Shown: positions 30,256-41,248 of the stretch, one piece after another
How positions within the stretch are numbered: the first letter of the stretch is position 1
Layout: each line of letters starts with the position of its first letter
NCBI GenBank assembly: GCA_003022945.1
Contig: PXRZ01000001.1
Coordinates: 913 to 64,912 of the forward strand
DNA from: Halobacteriales archaeon QS_8_69_73
GTDB lineage: Archaea; Halobacteriota; Halobacteria; Halobacteriales; Haloarculaceae
Direction: 5' to 3'
DNA: 64,000 bases
Program-made: the position numbers and the translations under genes
The notes under the pieces: generated by a model
What the model saw: only the letters and a program-made list of their open reading frames with translations
Told to the model about the DNA's origin: nothing
Database searches by the model: none

Positions 30256-30753
30256 ATGGGAGTTTCGACGATACGGGGGCGGCTCGCGGCGGCCGTGCTG
30301 CTGGTGGGTGTCCTGGTCGGGCTGTTCTTGTGGGCCGGGACGATCACCCCGGCGGCCGACGACCGCGGCTTCCCCGACGGCGACGAGGTCGGGCCGACGC
30401 CGGAGGCGTACGTCGGCGAGCGGGTGTCGCTGAGCGGGACCGTCGTCGCGACCGACCCGATTGTCGTCGAGGTCGAGTACGGCGTCGACGGGACGCGGAC
30501 CATCACCGTCATCGGGGTCGGGGCGACCGTCGACCGCGGCGACTCGCTGCGTGCCTTCGGAACGCTGACCGACGGCTCGACGCTTTCGGCCGACCGGACC
30601 GTCGTCCGCGAGCCGTGGGAACTGCGGTACATGTACGGCGTCTCGTTTCTGGCGGGGCTGTGGGTGCTCGGCCGGACGCTGCGGCGATGGCGGGTCGACG
30701 TCGACCGGCTGGCGTTCGTCCCGCGGACGTCGACGGAGGACCGCGATGCCTGA
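30256..30753 (+). CDS. Membrane protein with an OB-fold-like extracellular domain
   Basis: TM, then YVGERVSLSGTVVATDP...GDSLRAFGTL, then a second TM. Confidence 0.72.
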   Translation: MGVSTIRGRLAAAVLLVGVLVGLFLWAGTITPAADDRGFPDGDEVGPTPEAYVGERVSLSGTVVATDPIVVEVEYGVDGTRTITVIGVGATVDRGDSLRAFGTLTDGSTLSADRTVVREPWELRYMYGVSFLAGLWVLGRTLRRWRVDVDRLAFVPRTSTEDRDA

Positions 30754-31261
30754 CGTCCTGACGCACGTTCTCGTCGGCTACGTCGTCGGGACACTCCTGA
30801 CGGCCGTCCGAGAGGACGTCGGGCCCGCGGAGGTGACGCTCGTCATGGTCGGGGCGCTGTCGCCGGACTTCGTGAAGATCAAGCTGCTCGCGCCGGCCGC
30901 CTCCGTCGAGGCGGCGCTCGGCGTCCCGTTTTCGTGGGAGCCGCTGCACACCGTCGTCGGCGTCGTCGTCGTCGCGCTGCTTTCGGGACTGGTCGTCGGC
31001 GCCGAAGGCCGCTGCAGGACGATCGCGCTGGTCGCCGTCGGCGCGGCGACGCATCTGTTCCTCGACGCGCTGTTGTTCAATCCGACCGGCTACGCGTTCC
31101 GGCCGCTGTCGCCGCTGTCGACGTACCGGCCGCCGGCGGGGATGCTGTACCTGAGCAGCGACCGCTGGCCGACGGCGGTCGCCGCGACGGCCGCCGCCGC
31201 CACGTGGGCCTGGCGCCGGTACCGCCGGACGGTCACGCCGTCCGTAGCCGACCGTCGGTGA
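30746..31261 (+). CDS. YdjM-like membrane-bound metal-dependent hydrolase
   Basis: THVLVG, GALSPD, LHT and THLFLDAL motifs. Confidence 0.82.
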   Translation: MPDVLTHVLVGYVVGTLLTAVREDVGPAEVTLVMVGALSPDFVKIKLLAPAASVEAALGVPFSWEPLHTVVGVVVVALLSGLVVGAEGRCRTIALVAVGAATHLFLDALLFNPTGYAFRPLSPLSTYRPPAGMLYLSSDRWPTAVAATAAAATWAWRRYRRTVTPSVADRR

Positions 31262-31827
31262 GCCGGTAGCGCCGCTCGAAGCGGTCGACGAGCTGGGGGT
31301 CGTGGCTCACGACCACGAGCGCCGTGTCCGTCTCGGCCTGGAGCTCGAAGAGAAGTTCGAGCACCCGGTCGGCGGCCGCGGGGTCCAGCTGGCCGGTCGG
31401 CTCGTCGGCCAGCACGACGTCCGGCCGCGACGTCGAGTCGCTCGAACAGCTCCGACAGCCACGCCCCGTCGACCGAGCCGTCGTGTTCGCCCGGCAACGC
31501 CGCGTTCTCGCGGGCCGTCAGGTCGGGGATCAGCCGGAACTCCTGGAAGACGACGCCGACGGTCTCCCGGCGGAGGCGGGCCCGCTCGCGCTCCGACAGC
31601 GCCGCCGCGTTGGCGTCGCCGACGTACAGCGAGCCGTCCGTCGGCGGCAGCAGCAGCCCGAGCGCCTCGAACAGCGTCGTCTTGCCGGCGCCGCTGTCGC
31701 CGCGGATCAGCACCCGCTCGCCGGGCGCCACCGCCAGCGACGCGCCGTCCAGCACCGCCCGGCCGCCGCGCTCGATGCGGAGGTCCTCGGCCCGCAGTAC
31801 CGGCCGCCCGGGGTCGGCGTCGGTCAT
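31233..31827 (-). CDS. LolD/MacB-type ABC ATPase with the signature region deleted (frameshift near 31425)
   Basis: GDSGAGKTT and VFQEFRLIPDLTAREN. LDVA is joined to RPDVVLADEPTGQLD...VSHD in another frame; LSGG is missing. Confidence 0.82.
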
Positions 31828-32315
31828 CGTCGGACCCCGGATGGGCGGGCGCCTAAGGCTGTCGGTGCGTCGGTGCCGCCACACTCCCCGCCGTCGCGCG
31901 GCAGCGACAGCGTCGCCGTCTTGCCGTCGACGGCGTGGACGACGTTCCGGCTGTCCAGCGTCGCCCGGTACCGCCTCCGGTCGGTCGTCGCCGGCGCGGC
32001 GGGCCAGAAGGTCGCCCCGTCGGTCGTCCAGCCGGCGAACGACGGCATCGGACACGCCGGCGGCGGGCCGCCCCGGAGCCAGGTCCGGGTCGGTCCCACC
32101 CCGACGTCGGCGCCGAAGGTCGTCCGGCCGACGCGGGTCGGCCCGTGGTCGGTCGTCCATCCGCCGGCCGCGAGCGTCTCGCGGGCGATACCTGCGTGGG
32201 CGAAGTCGTCCAGCACGTGCGGCAGCGGGCTCCAGTACAGCGGGACCGTCCGCGCGGCGGCCGCGACCGCCAGAACCGCCGCCCCGACCAGCAGGTACGA
32301 CCGGCGGTCACTCAT
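31824..32315 (-). CDS. Probable internally deleted remnant of a polytopic membrane protein (possibly GT-C-like)
   Basis: TM plus RTVPLYWSPLPHVLDDFAHAGIARETL joins abruptly to a soluble C-terminal-type segment. Overlaps both neighbours. Confidence 0.5.
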   Translation of the reverse strand: MSDRRSYLLVGAAVLAVAAAARTVPLYWSPLPHVLDDFAHAGIARETLAAGGWTTDHGPTRVGRTTFGADVGVGPTRTWLRGGPPPACPMPSFAGWTTDGATFWPAAPATTDRRRYRATLDSRNVVHAVDGKTATLSLPRDGGECGGTDAPTALGARPSGVRR

Positions 32316-35158
32316 CGGGCGACCCCTGTCGGTCCAGGAGAGCGGCCGGCGGCACGCGGACGACCGCGACCGTCGCCAGCCCGGCGCCGACGGCGACGAC
32401 GGCCAGCGCCGCGAGGCCGACCGCCGCGGCGCCGAGGGGGTCGAGCGCGGGCAGCAGCCGGACGCCGAAGGCCGCGAGCAGGCCGGCGCGGTCGAGCCCG
32501 ACCAGCACGGCGGCCGCGAGGACGGCCGCCAGCGTCACGCCCACGGCGGCGATCCGGAGGGCGTCGCCGACCACGAGCCGGAGGATCCGGCGCGGCGGCG
32601 CCCCGGTGGCCCGGTGGACGCCGAGTTCCCGCCGCCGCGCGCGGACCGTCGCCGCGAACGTCGCCGTCGTCGCGCCGACGGTCATCAGCGCCGCCAGCCC
32701 GACGAGGGCGGCGCCGACGATCCGGAGGTCGCCGAAGGCCACCGCGACGGCCTCGCCGAGCGGCGACGACCCGCGGCGGCCGGCGGCCGCGGCCGCCGCC
32801 GGGATGCGTTCGTCGCCACGGACCCGGTAGGTCCGGTCGGCGACCGCCCGGCCGTCGAGCGCCGCGCCGACATCGTACGTCCCCGGCGGTCGCCGTTCGA
32901 GTTCGCGCGCGACCGTCCGGGTTCCGCACGGTCAGCGTCGCCGTCGGCCGGACCAGGACGTCGGGTCGCTCCGGCGCGACGTCGAGGTCGCCGACGAGCC
33001 GTCTCGGAGCGCCCTCCCGGACCCGGACGGTCGCGCTGCCGGCCGTCTCGCCGGTGCCGGCGACGATCTCGCGGGTGCCGGTCCGGTTCAGTGGCAGCCG
33101 GACGGTCCCGTCGGCGGCCGTTCGACGCTCGGCGTCGCCGACCCGCACGGGGACGTCGGCGGCCGGCGCGCCCGTCGCGTCGACGATTGTGACCAGCGGC
33201 GCGGAGCCAGGCGGCGCCGTCGCCGGGACGCCGCGGACGGAGAGCCGGTCGGGGCGGACGACCCGCACCGTCGACCGCCGGTCGCCGGCGACGAGGTCGT
33301 AGGTTCCCGGCTCGACGGGGTCGAACGCGACGGTCCGGCGGGTCGTCCCGCCGGCCTCGAGGGCGACGGACAGCTCCCGGCGCTGGTCGCCGAACCGGAC
33401 CGTCACGGTGCCGTCGGTCGGCGTCGGGTCGGCGTTGGACAGCGACACCGCGACGGTGGACGGCTCGCCGGCGACCGGCGACGCCGGGTCGACATCGGTC
33501 ACGACGAGACCGTCGTCGCTCGGCGCCGGCAGCCGCTCGGCGCGGACGACGTTCACCTCGCCGGGGCCGACCGTCGAGAGGTGGCGGGCGGTGCGGTGCG
33601 AGACGAGCAGTGCCGCGCCGTCGGCGCCGCCGGTTTCGTAGCGGCCGACCACCCGGACCCGGTCGACCGCCGACCGGGTGCTGCCGCCGACCGTCACCGT
33701 CTCCCCGACCGCGACGTCGCCGGCCAGCGTCGACCCGATGACGGCCTCGTCGGGCGCCCGCGGCGGCCGGCCCTCGACGATTCGCGCGCCGGACAGCGCC
33801 GCGAACGCCTCGAAGTCGACCCCCCGCATCGGCACCGGCTCACCGTTCCGCACCCCGAACAGCAGTATCTCGCCGCTGGCGTCGATCCCCCGCGCCCGGA
33901 GGCCGTCGGCGTAGGCGGCCGGAACCTGGCTCGCGACGGGGTGGACGGCGCCCGGCTCCGAAACCGTCGCGCCGTCGGTCGTCGCGACCGGCGCCACGAC
34001 GGCCGCGCCGGCGACGAACACCGCCGACACCAGGAGGAACGCGGTCAGGGTGGCGGCCGTCGGGACGAGCGCCCGGCGATCGAGCACCCGCAGCGACGGG
34101 AAGCCGTCGGCGCTCGACGGCCGGCCCGCGACGGCCGGCGGTGCCGTCGCCGCGCGTCGGGCCGCCAGTAGGCCGCCGACGGTGGCCAACGCGACGAACG
34201 TCGCCGCCAACCCGGCGAGAACGGCGGCGACCTCGGCCGTGACCGCCACCGACAGCGACGTCGGCAGCCCGGCGGCGACGGCGACGTTGACGGCAGCGTT
34301 GGCCGCGATGACGCCGACGGCGTAGCCGAGGGCGACGCCGACGCCGCCGAGCAGGGCCGCCCGGAGGCCGAACAGCCGCAGTACCGTCCCCGGCGGTGCG
34401 CCGGTCGCCCGGACGACCTGGATCGTCTCCCGGCGGTCGGCGACCGTCGTCCGGGTCGCGCCGTAGGCGGTGACGCCGACGAGGAGCCCGCCGCCGACGG
34501 CGACGACGCCGACGACCGTCAGCAGCTGGTCGGTGCCGGCGAGAAAGAAGCCGAGAACGCCGCGGAGCGGCGTCTCGCCCTGGGTGTCGGTATCCGCATC
34601 TGTCCCGTCCGCTCCATCCGCGCCGGCGTCCGCTTCGTCCGCTTCGTCCGCGCCCGACCCGCCCTCGATCACCAGCGCGCCGGTCGGCCCGAGCCGCTCG
34701 ACGGTCGCCGGCCGGACGACGTACCACGACGGCGGCAGCACCGACCGCTCGCGGGGCGTCACGGAGACGGTCACCGTCGTCTCCCCGCGCAGGTCCTGCG
34801 TCGCCGGCGCCTCGAGCGTCCCGCGCGTCGTGCCGGCCCGGAGCCGCCGGTCGCCGAACTCGCGGTCGGTGCCGTTCGGGACCCCGGCGACCGTAGATTC
34901 GCCGTCCGGCTCCGTCGCCGTCGCCAGGGGGACGACCACGTCGCCGGGTTGGGCGGCCGCCCGCGCGTCGGACGGCGTTCCATAGTGGGTGGCGGCGCCC
35001 GGCGACTCCAGGCCCGCCGCCAGCGCGGCCATCTGGCTTCCGGCGGCGAAGACGAACAGCACCGTCCCGACGAGGAAGGCGACCGTCACCGCCAGGACGG
35101 CGACGGCGAGGCGGTCGTTGCGCCGCCAGCGGAACACCAGCGCCCGCCGGTAGCTCAC
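32308..35158 (-). CDS. Large double FtsX/MacB-type permease with Ig/CARDB-like inserts, with a deletion/frameshift near 32920
   Basis: Two FtsX motifs (DRRETIQVVRATGAPP; RRRELGVHRATGAPP). TVRNP switches frame to RTVARELERRPPGTYDV. Confidence 0.8.
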
Positions 35159-35246
35159 CGGCGACCCTCCCCGACCGCGAGTCGGCCGCACATCGGACGT
35201 CTCCACACGAGACGAGCAGGGACAAAACCCCTTCGGGGGCGGCGGG

Positions 35247-36473
35247 TTACCGCGGCAGGTGTTCGATCGGCGAGACGCGGGTCGTCCGCCAGCCGGCGAC
35301 GACCGCGCCGACGACGCCGACGACCAACCCGACGGCCCCGCCGAGAACGAACACCCACCGCGGCGCGTCGACGACGTTCGGAAAGCCCAGCGCGCCGACC
35401 GCGAGGTTGACCCCACGGATGCCCGGAACCGCGACCAGGATGCCGACGGCGGCGCCGACCGTCCCGATGACGACCCCCTCGGAGAGCGTGACGATGAGCA
35501 GCGTCCGGACGGAGACGCCGCCGGCCCGCAGCGCCGCCAGTTGGCGCCGCTGGTGGTAGACCAACAGTCCGAGGACGTTCGTCACGAGCGTGACGCCGCT
35601 GCCGACCGCCAGAACTGCAAGCGTCAGCGCGCTGGCGATGACGGCCGACTGCCGCCGGAGGACGGACTCGAACTGCTCGGAGCGGGTTCGGACGGTCAGC
35701 TCCGGGTACGTCGCCGACAGCTCGCGCTGGACCCGTCGGGTGTCGGCTCCCGTCTCGGTTCGGACGAGCACCGTCGACGCCGGGTCGACGCCCGTCGACC
35801 CTGACACCTCTTGCAGCTCCGAGAGGTGGAGCACGACCGTCGGCGCGCCGATGAACCGCGAGACGTCGTTGCTGACCCCGACGACGGTGAAGCTGTTCTC
35901 GTCGGCGGCGACGAGCGTCCCGCCGACGTGGATCGTGTCGCCGACCTCGACGCCGAGCCGGTCGGCGGCGCGCTCGTCGACGAGGGCCTCGCCGGTCGTC
36001 GGGCCGTCGTAGCCCCCGTCGGCGTAGTGGACGTCGCCCTCGGCGAAGCTCCGCCCCTCGACGGCCTCGAACCGCTCGCCGTCGCCGGTCGTCCCGACGC
36101 CGACGATCGTCCGGTAGTCGCCGCGGTCGGCGCCGGCGTAGACGGTCTGGAACAGCACCGCCCGCGCCCCGCGGACGTTCTCGCGGCGCTCGACGTCGCG
36201 GGACACCTCGTGGGCGTCGAACAGCTGGTTCTCGACGCTGCCGACCGCGCCGGGCGCGAAGCTCGACGGCCCCGCGGTCACCCACAGGTCGGCGCCGATG
36301 CGGTCGACGCCGGTGTCGCCGACGGTCAGGGCGCTCACGCCGACGCCCGTCAGGACGACCACCGTCACGACCGCCAGCGCGACACCGACGACGGCCAACG
36401 TCCCCCGGACCCGGTAGTGTCGCAGTTGGGCGAGTGCGACGCCGACGGCCGCCCGGAGCCGCGAGCCGATCAT
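35247..36473 (-). CDS. MacB/LolE-type ABC permease
   Basis: LAVVGVALAV TM, extracellular domain and QRRQLAALRAGGVS...EGVVIG. Confidence 0.86.
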   Translation of the reverse strand: MIGSRLRAAVGVALAQLRHYRVRGTLAVVGVALAVVTVVVLTGVGVSALTVGDTGVDRIGADLWVTAGPSSFAPGAVGSVENQLFDAHEVSRDVERRENVRGARAVLFQTVYAGADRGDYRTIVGVGTTGDGERFEAVEGRSFAEGDVHYADGGYDGPTTGEALVDERAADRLGVEVGDTIHVGGTLVAADENSFTVVGVSNDVSRFIGAPTVVLHLSELQEVSGSTGVDPASTVLVRTETGADTRRVQRELSATYPELTVRTRSEQFESVLRRQSAVIASALTLAVLAVGSGVTLVTNVLGLLVYHQRRQLAALRAGGVSVRTLLIVTLSEGVVIGTVGAAVGILVAVPGIRGVNLAVGALGFPNVVDAPRWVFVLGGAVGLVVGVVGAVVAGWRTTRVSPIEHLPR

Positions 36474-37705
36474 CCCAGTCCGGCCTCCTCGGCCGACCGG
36501 CGGCCGACGAACAGCAGGTACGGCACCGACAGCAGGCCGATGAGCACCGCGACGGCCACCCCGGCCGGCAGCAGCCACGGCTCGAAGACCGCCACCTGCG
36601 TGTCGAAGCGCCACCGTGCGACCGCGTTGGCGGCGAATGACCCGCCAGCCCAGACGATCAGCGCCAGGTAGCCGCCGAGAAGCGCCAACAGCAGCGTCTC
36701 GAGGCCGATCAGCGCCGCCCGACTCCGGCCGGAGACGCCGACGGCCGCGAGGATGGCTCGCCGGCGGCTGCTGGCGGCGACCTCGAAGCCGAAGGTCGTC
36801 CCGACCAGCAGCGTGCCGGTGGTCAGCGAGAGGATCAGCGCCGACGCCGCCATCGCCAGCGGCAGCTGCTCGTCGGCGGCCCGCTCGACCAGCAGCTCGC
36901 CGCGGCTCCGGACCGCCGCGTTCGGATACGTCGCCGCCAATGCCGTCTCCGTCTCGGCGGTCGCCGACGGCGCGGCAACCAGCAGGCGGTCGGCGGCGTC
37001 CCGCTCGTCGGCGCCGACGACCGCTTGGAGCTCGCTCAGCCGGACGACCGCCACCGGGAACTGGCTGACGCCGGCCCGTTTCGGCGGCGAGACGCCGACC
37101 ACGGTGAACGTCCGGTCCGACGCCGACCGCCGCGGCGCGACGGTCGCGCCCGTCTCGACGTCGAGCGTCTCGGCGGCCGCCTCCGACAGTACCATCGACC
37201 CCGTCCACCGGCCGTCGTAGCTCCCGCCAGCGTAGTAGGGGTCGTCGGGCGACAGTTGGACCGACGAGACGGGCGTCACCGAGCCGTAACCCTGCTCCGG
37301 AACGACGCCGACCGCCAGCAGGTACTCGGTGCCGCCGTCGGGGCCTTCGACCGCCAACAGCTCCGTCAGCATCGGCGAGGCGTAGGCGACGTCGTCGCGG
37401 GCTGACAGCCGGGCAGCCGTCGCGTGGGTTCCCGCGAACCGGGTGGTCCCGACGTCGGTGACGGCGCTGGAGGCGTTCGATTCCGGCGTCAGCCAGTAGT
37501 CGATGCCGTCGGCGCTCGTGGCGGGACCCGTCGCCAGCCCGATGCTTACGCTCGTCACCACCAGCAGCAGCGCGACGGGGACGGCGATGCCGACGACGCA
37601 GAGCCACGTCCGACGCCGGCGGCCGGCGGTCAGCCGCCCCCACAGCCGGATCACGGCCACCCCGACGAGCCCCCGCCAGCGGGCGAGCCGCGAGCCGTCA
37701 GCCAT
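36470..37705 (-). CDS. MacB/LolE-type ABC permease
   Basis: [13 protein letters not shown], extracellular domain and [13 protein letters not shown]...[10 protein letters not shown]. Confidence 0.86.
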   Translation of the reverse strand: MADGSRLARWRGLVGVAVIRLWGRLTAGRRRRTWLCVVGIAVPVALLLVVTSVSIGLATGPATSADGIDYWLTPESNASSAVTDVGTTRFAGTHATAARLSARDDVAYASPMLTELLAVEGPDGGTEYLLAVGVVPEQGYGSVTPVSSVQLSPDDPYYAGGSYDGRWTGSMVLSEAAAETLDVETGATVAPRRSASDRTFTVVGVSPPKRAGVSQFPVAVVRLSELQAVVGADERDAADRLLVAAPSATAETETALAATYPNAAVRSRGELLVERAADEQLPLAMAASALILSLTTGTLLVGTTFGFEVAASSRRRAILAAVGVSGRSRAALIGLETLLLALLGGYLALIVWAGGSFAANAVARWRFDTQVAVFEPWLLPAGVAVAVLIGLLSVPYLLFVGRRSAEEAGLG

Positions 37706-38438
37706 CGGTGACCTCCCCGTCACGGAGGACGAGCCGCCGGCCGGCGGCCTCGACGACCCGGGGGTCGTGGCTCGCGACCACGACCGACCGGTCGTCGGCG
37801 ACGGCGCCCAGCAGCTCCAGGATGGTGTCGCCGGTGGCGGTGTCGAGCTCGCCGGTCGGCTCGTCGGCGACGACCAGCGTCGGGTCGTTGACCAGCGCCC
37901 GCGCGATGGCGACGCGTTGCTTCTCGCCGCCGCTCAACTGGCCCGGCCGGTGGGTGAGCCGGTCGCCGAGGCCGACCTCCTCGAGCAGCGACTCCGCCCG
38001 CTCGCGGCGGCGCCGCTTGCCGACGCCCAGCTCGATCAGCGGTAGTGCCACGTTGGCCCGGGCCGACAGCGACGGTAGCAGGTGGAACCGCTGAAAGACG
38101 ATGCCGACGTGGTCGAGCCGCAGCGCCGCCCGCTCGCCGGACGACAGGTCGTCGGTCGCCGACCCCAGCAGCCGGACGTGGCCGTCGGTCGGCGTGTCCA
38201 GCGCCGCCAGCAGGTGCAGTAGCGTCGTCTTGCCGCTGCCGCTGGCGCCGGTCAGCCCGACGAACTCGCCGGGGGTGACCGACAGCGACACCTCCGACAG
38301 CGCCTCCACCTCGTTGCCGTCGTCGAGCCAGCCGCTCGACCGGCCGTAGACGCGCGACACCGAATCACACTGGATGACGGCTTCCGACTCGGCGCGACCG
38401 TCGGCGACGCGACCGCGGTCCGGCTCAACGTTGCTCAT
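37698..38438 (-). CDS. LolD/MacB-type ABC ATPase
   Basis: [33 protein letters not shown] and SHD. Confidence 0.93.
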   Translation of the reverse strand: MSNVEPDRGRVADGRAESEAVIQCDSVSRVYGRSSGWLDDGNEVEALSEVSLSVTPGEFVGLTGASGSGKTTLLHLLAALDTPTDGHVRLLGSATDDLSSGERAALRLDHVGIVFQRFHLLPSLSARANVALPLIELGVGKRRRRERAESLLEEVGLGDRLTHRPGQLSGGEKQRVAIARALVNDPTLVVADEPTGELDTATGDTILELLGAVADDRSVVVASHDPRVVEAAGRRLVLRDGEVTDG

Positions 38439-38489
38439 CGGGCGGTTACTCGGAGGTCGTTCCGTGGAGAAAAAAGTCTACCCTCGCGG

Positions 38490-41201
38490 TCACCCGCCGC
38501 CGGACTCCCCGCTGAGGGCGAGGTACCTCAGTAATATGCCCGCGCCGACCGCAACCACGACCAGCCCGACCAGCGCCAGAAGGAACAGGTTGGTGCCGTC
38601 GTCGCCGTCTGGCGACGGGGTCGGCGTCCCGTCATCTGGGGTCGGGGTCGGGGTGGGGGTGGGGGTGCCGTCGTCCGGCGTCGGGGTCGGAGTTCCCCCG
38701 CCCGGCGTCGGGGTCGTCGGCGTCGGCGTCGTCGGCGTCGGGGTCGGCGCTGGCGTCGAGGTGGGCGTTCCCTGGGCGCCGCCGCCGCCGATGCCACCGC
38801 CGCCGCCGGCACCACCACCGCCACCGCCACCGCCGCCACCACCACCGCCACCGCCACCGCCACCACCGCCGCCACCGGCGCCGCCGCTCGACACCTCGAT
38901 CGTCCCGTCGGTCGAGCTGAACCGTTCGTCGCTCGCCGCGCCGACGTGGACGTACCGGTAGGTCCCCTCCTCGAAGCCCGTCGTGTCGAGCGTGAGCGTC
39001 TCGGACCGCCCGGCGTCGGTCGCCGTGGCGTTGTCGGCGTCGATCACCGTCAGGTCACCGGCGATGGTGATGTTGTTGAACAGGCCGTCCGACGAGCCGT
39101 TGATCCTGATGGTGACGTTCTCCGTCGCCCCGTCGGGGCCGGTTACCGTCCCGTTGACGGTCACGTTGTCGAGCGACAGGTTCGATCGGTCGAAGCTCTC
39201 GTTGGCGTCGAGGACGAGCCGGCTGTCGAGGAACTGGTCCTCGTTGTAGAGGACGAGCGTGTGGTCGAACGAATCCCCGTCGAAGCCCGCGTCGACGTCG
39301 AAATCGACGGACTCGCCGGGTTCGACCGTCGTCTCCTCGGGGGTCGCCGTGGAGTCCGTCTCCCGGACCGCGACCGCCTCGATGCCGATCGCCGTCAGGT
39401 CGCTCTCGTGGACGTTGCCGGTCAGGTTGCCGTCGTCGTCGAGGTCGTACCCGTTGTCGAACTCGTCGATCGTGACGATGACGGCGTAGGTGCCGCTTCT
39501 CGACGGCGTGAAGTCGACGCCGTCGGGCAGTTCGCCGTTGGAGTCGAGGGTGACGTCCCGGACGTCGACGAACTCCGCGCCGTCGGTCCCAAGGGTGGCG
39601 CTGCCGCTGAGTGCGTCGAACTGGGGGTCGAACAGGTCCGACAGATTGCCCGACCGGTCGAGTCCCGGCCCGGTCGTCCGCGCGATCAGCACCTGCGCGT
39701 CCTCGTCGGCGTAGCGGGTCGTGTTGGCGCCGGTCGCCTCCTCGTAGGTCACCGTCACCTGCTGGTCCTTCTGGTGGACGTTCAGATCCTGGCGGTTGAT
39801 CGGCACCTGGCCGTCGCTCGTGTTGACGAAGGTCGGGATGTTGAAGATACTCTGCGGGGCCGAGTCGGCCGTCCCGCGCAGCGGGAGCCCCGAGCGGTCC
39901 CACAGACACGCCCCGACGAAGTCCGTCACGGGACCGTCGATCGTCACCGACACCCCCGACACAGTGATGCTCTCGTTGACCGACTCGTCGGCCGCGCCGG
40001 CGATGTCGACGAGTTGGCCGTCGTCCTCGCAGGTGCGCTTGCCGCCGATGGCCGGGGCGAACCGGACGCTGCCGTTCACCGAGTCACCGCTCCCGTCGGC
40101 CTCGACGCCGTAGACGGGGTCGGTCACCGTCGACCCGCCGGCCGAGGACGGCCCCGTCGAGTTGCCCCAGTAGTTCAGCCGCGCGTCGACCCTCCCGCTC
40201 GTGTCTTCATTGATGACGCCGTCGCCGTTGTCCTGGATCACGTTGAAAGAGACGTTGATGTCCGACCGGTCGATGTCGCCGCTGACGGCCGACCGGACCC
40301 TGGTGCCGTTGGTGTTGTTCCGGATCACGTTCTCCGCGACGGTCACGTTCCGGAACGTCGAACTGCTACCGGCCTCGACGAGGACGCCGTCGTCGTGGCC
40401 ACCGGTCGAGCCGATGTCCATCCGCTCGAATCGGCTGTCGGCGATCTCGCCCGACTCCGCGCCGAGCACGACGCCGCTGGAACTGTCGTCCGTGACCACC
40501 TCCGAGGCCGAGACGTCGGAAACGGTGCCTCCGCTCGTCTCGAGCGAGATGCCGCTGGACGTGGCGGACCCGTTCACCAGCGCCGTGCGCAGCCGGACAT
40601 CGTCGACGTCGCCGTCGAGCCCCCGGACGCTCACGCCCTCGGTGTTGTCCTCGAGGACGACGCTACTCACGGTGACGTCGGACGCCGACGCCCCGTTGGC
40701 CGCGACGATCACGCCGGCGCCGCTCTCGTTGACCGCCGTCCGGTTCACCGTCAGCCCGGACAGATCGCTGCTGTCGGCCACCAGCCGGACGCCCGCGTCG
40801 CCGAAGCCGCTGATGACGAACCCCTCGACGGAGACGTCGTCGGCGTCGACGTCGAAGGCCGTCCGGTTGCCGGACCCGCTGAGGACCGACCGGTCGTCCG
40901 AGGCGGTCGCCTCCGGGTTGTCGGCGACGATGCGGACGTCGTCGGTGTCGACCGTCACCGACTCGGCGTAGACGTCGGGGCAAACGAGGACCGTGTCGCC
41001 GGGGTTCGCCGCGTCGACGGCGGCGTCGATGTCGTTGTGGGTGACGTCGTTCGCGCTGCAGTCCGACGGATTATTTCCGACTGAGGTCGTGTCGCTGACG
41101 TTCAACTGTTCCTGGGCGCCCGCCGTCCCGACCCCCCCGACGGCCACGAGCGCCGTCACCCCGAGCAATACGAGGAAGATACTCCGGCGAGATGGACTCA
41201 T
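38490..41201 (-). CDS. Cell-surface glycoprotein with a right-handed beta-helix domain, poly-Gly and Pro/Thr linker, and C-terminal TM anchor
   Basis: Signal peptide; IDAAVDAANPGDTVLVCPDVYAESVTV; DARLNYWG; many N-x-S/T sequons. An alternative start is possible up to 41219. Confidence 0.85.
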   Translation of the reverse strand: MSPSRRSIFLVLLGVTALVAVGGVGTAGAQEQLNVSDTTSVGNNPSDCSANDVTHNDIDAAVDAANPGDTVLVCPDVYAESVTVDTDDVRIVADNPEATASDDRSVLSGSGNRTAFDVDADDVSVEGFVISGFGDAGVRLVADSSDLSGLTVNRTAVNESGAGVIVAANGASASDVTVSSVVLEDNTEGVSVRGLDGDVDDVRLRTALVNGSATSSGISLETSGGTVSDVSASEVVTDDSSSGVVLGAESGEIADSRFERMDIGSTGGHDDGVLVEAGSSSTFRNVTVAENVIRNNTNGTRVRSAVSGDIDRSDINVSFNVIQDNGDGVINEDTSGRVDARLNYWGNSTGPSSAGGSTVTDPVYGVEADGSGDSVNGSVRFAPAIGGKRTCEDDGQLVDIAGAADESVNESITVSGVSVTIDGPVTDFVGACLWDRSGLPLRGTADSAPQSIFNIPTFVNTSDGQVPINRQDLNVHQKDQQVTVTYEEATGANTTRYADEDAQVLIARTTGPGLDRSGNLSDLFDPQFDALSGSATLGTDGAEFVDVRDVTLDSNGELPDGVDFTPSRSGTYAVIVTIDEFDNGYDLDDDGNLTGNVHESDLTAIGIEAVAVRETDSTATPEETTVEPGESVDFDVDAGFDGDSFDHTLVLYNEDQFLDSRLVLDANESFDRSNLSLDNVTVNGTVTGPDGATENVTIRINGSSDGLFNNITIAGDLTVIDADNATATDAGRSETLTLDTTGFEEGTYRYVHVGAASDERFSSTDGTIEVSSGGAGGGGGGGGGGGGGGGGGGGGGGAGGGGGIGGGGAQGTPTSTPAPTPTPTTPTPTTPTPGGGTPTPTPDDGTPTPTPTPTPDDGTPTPSPDGDDGTNLFLLALVGLVVVAVGAGILLRYLALSGESGGG

Positions 41202-41248
41202 GTTCGGCGTCATCCTCACGGGGTCGACAAAAGTATTGTGTGCCGTAC

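Noticed and set aside
34606-34652. Short 9-nt tandem repeats (ADEADEADAGADG) in the FtsX permease
   Set aside because: Ordinary in-frame acidic low-complexity linker.
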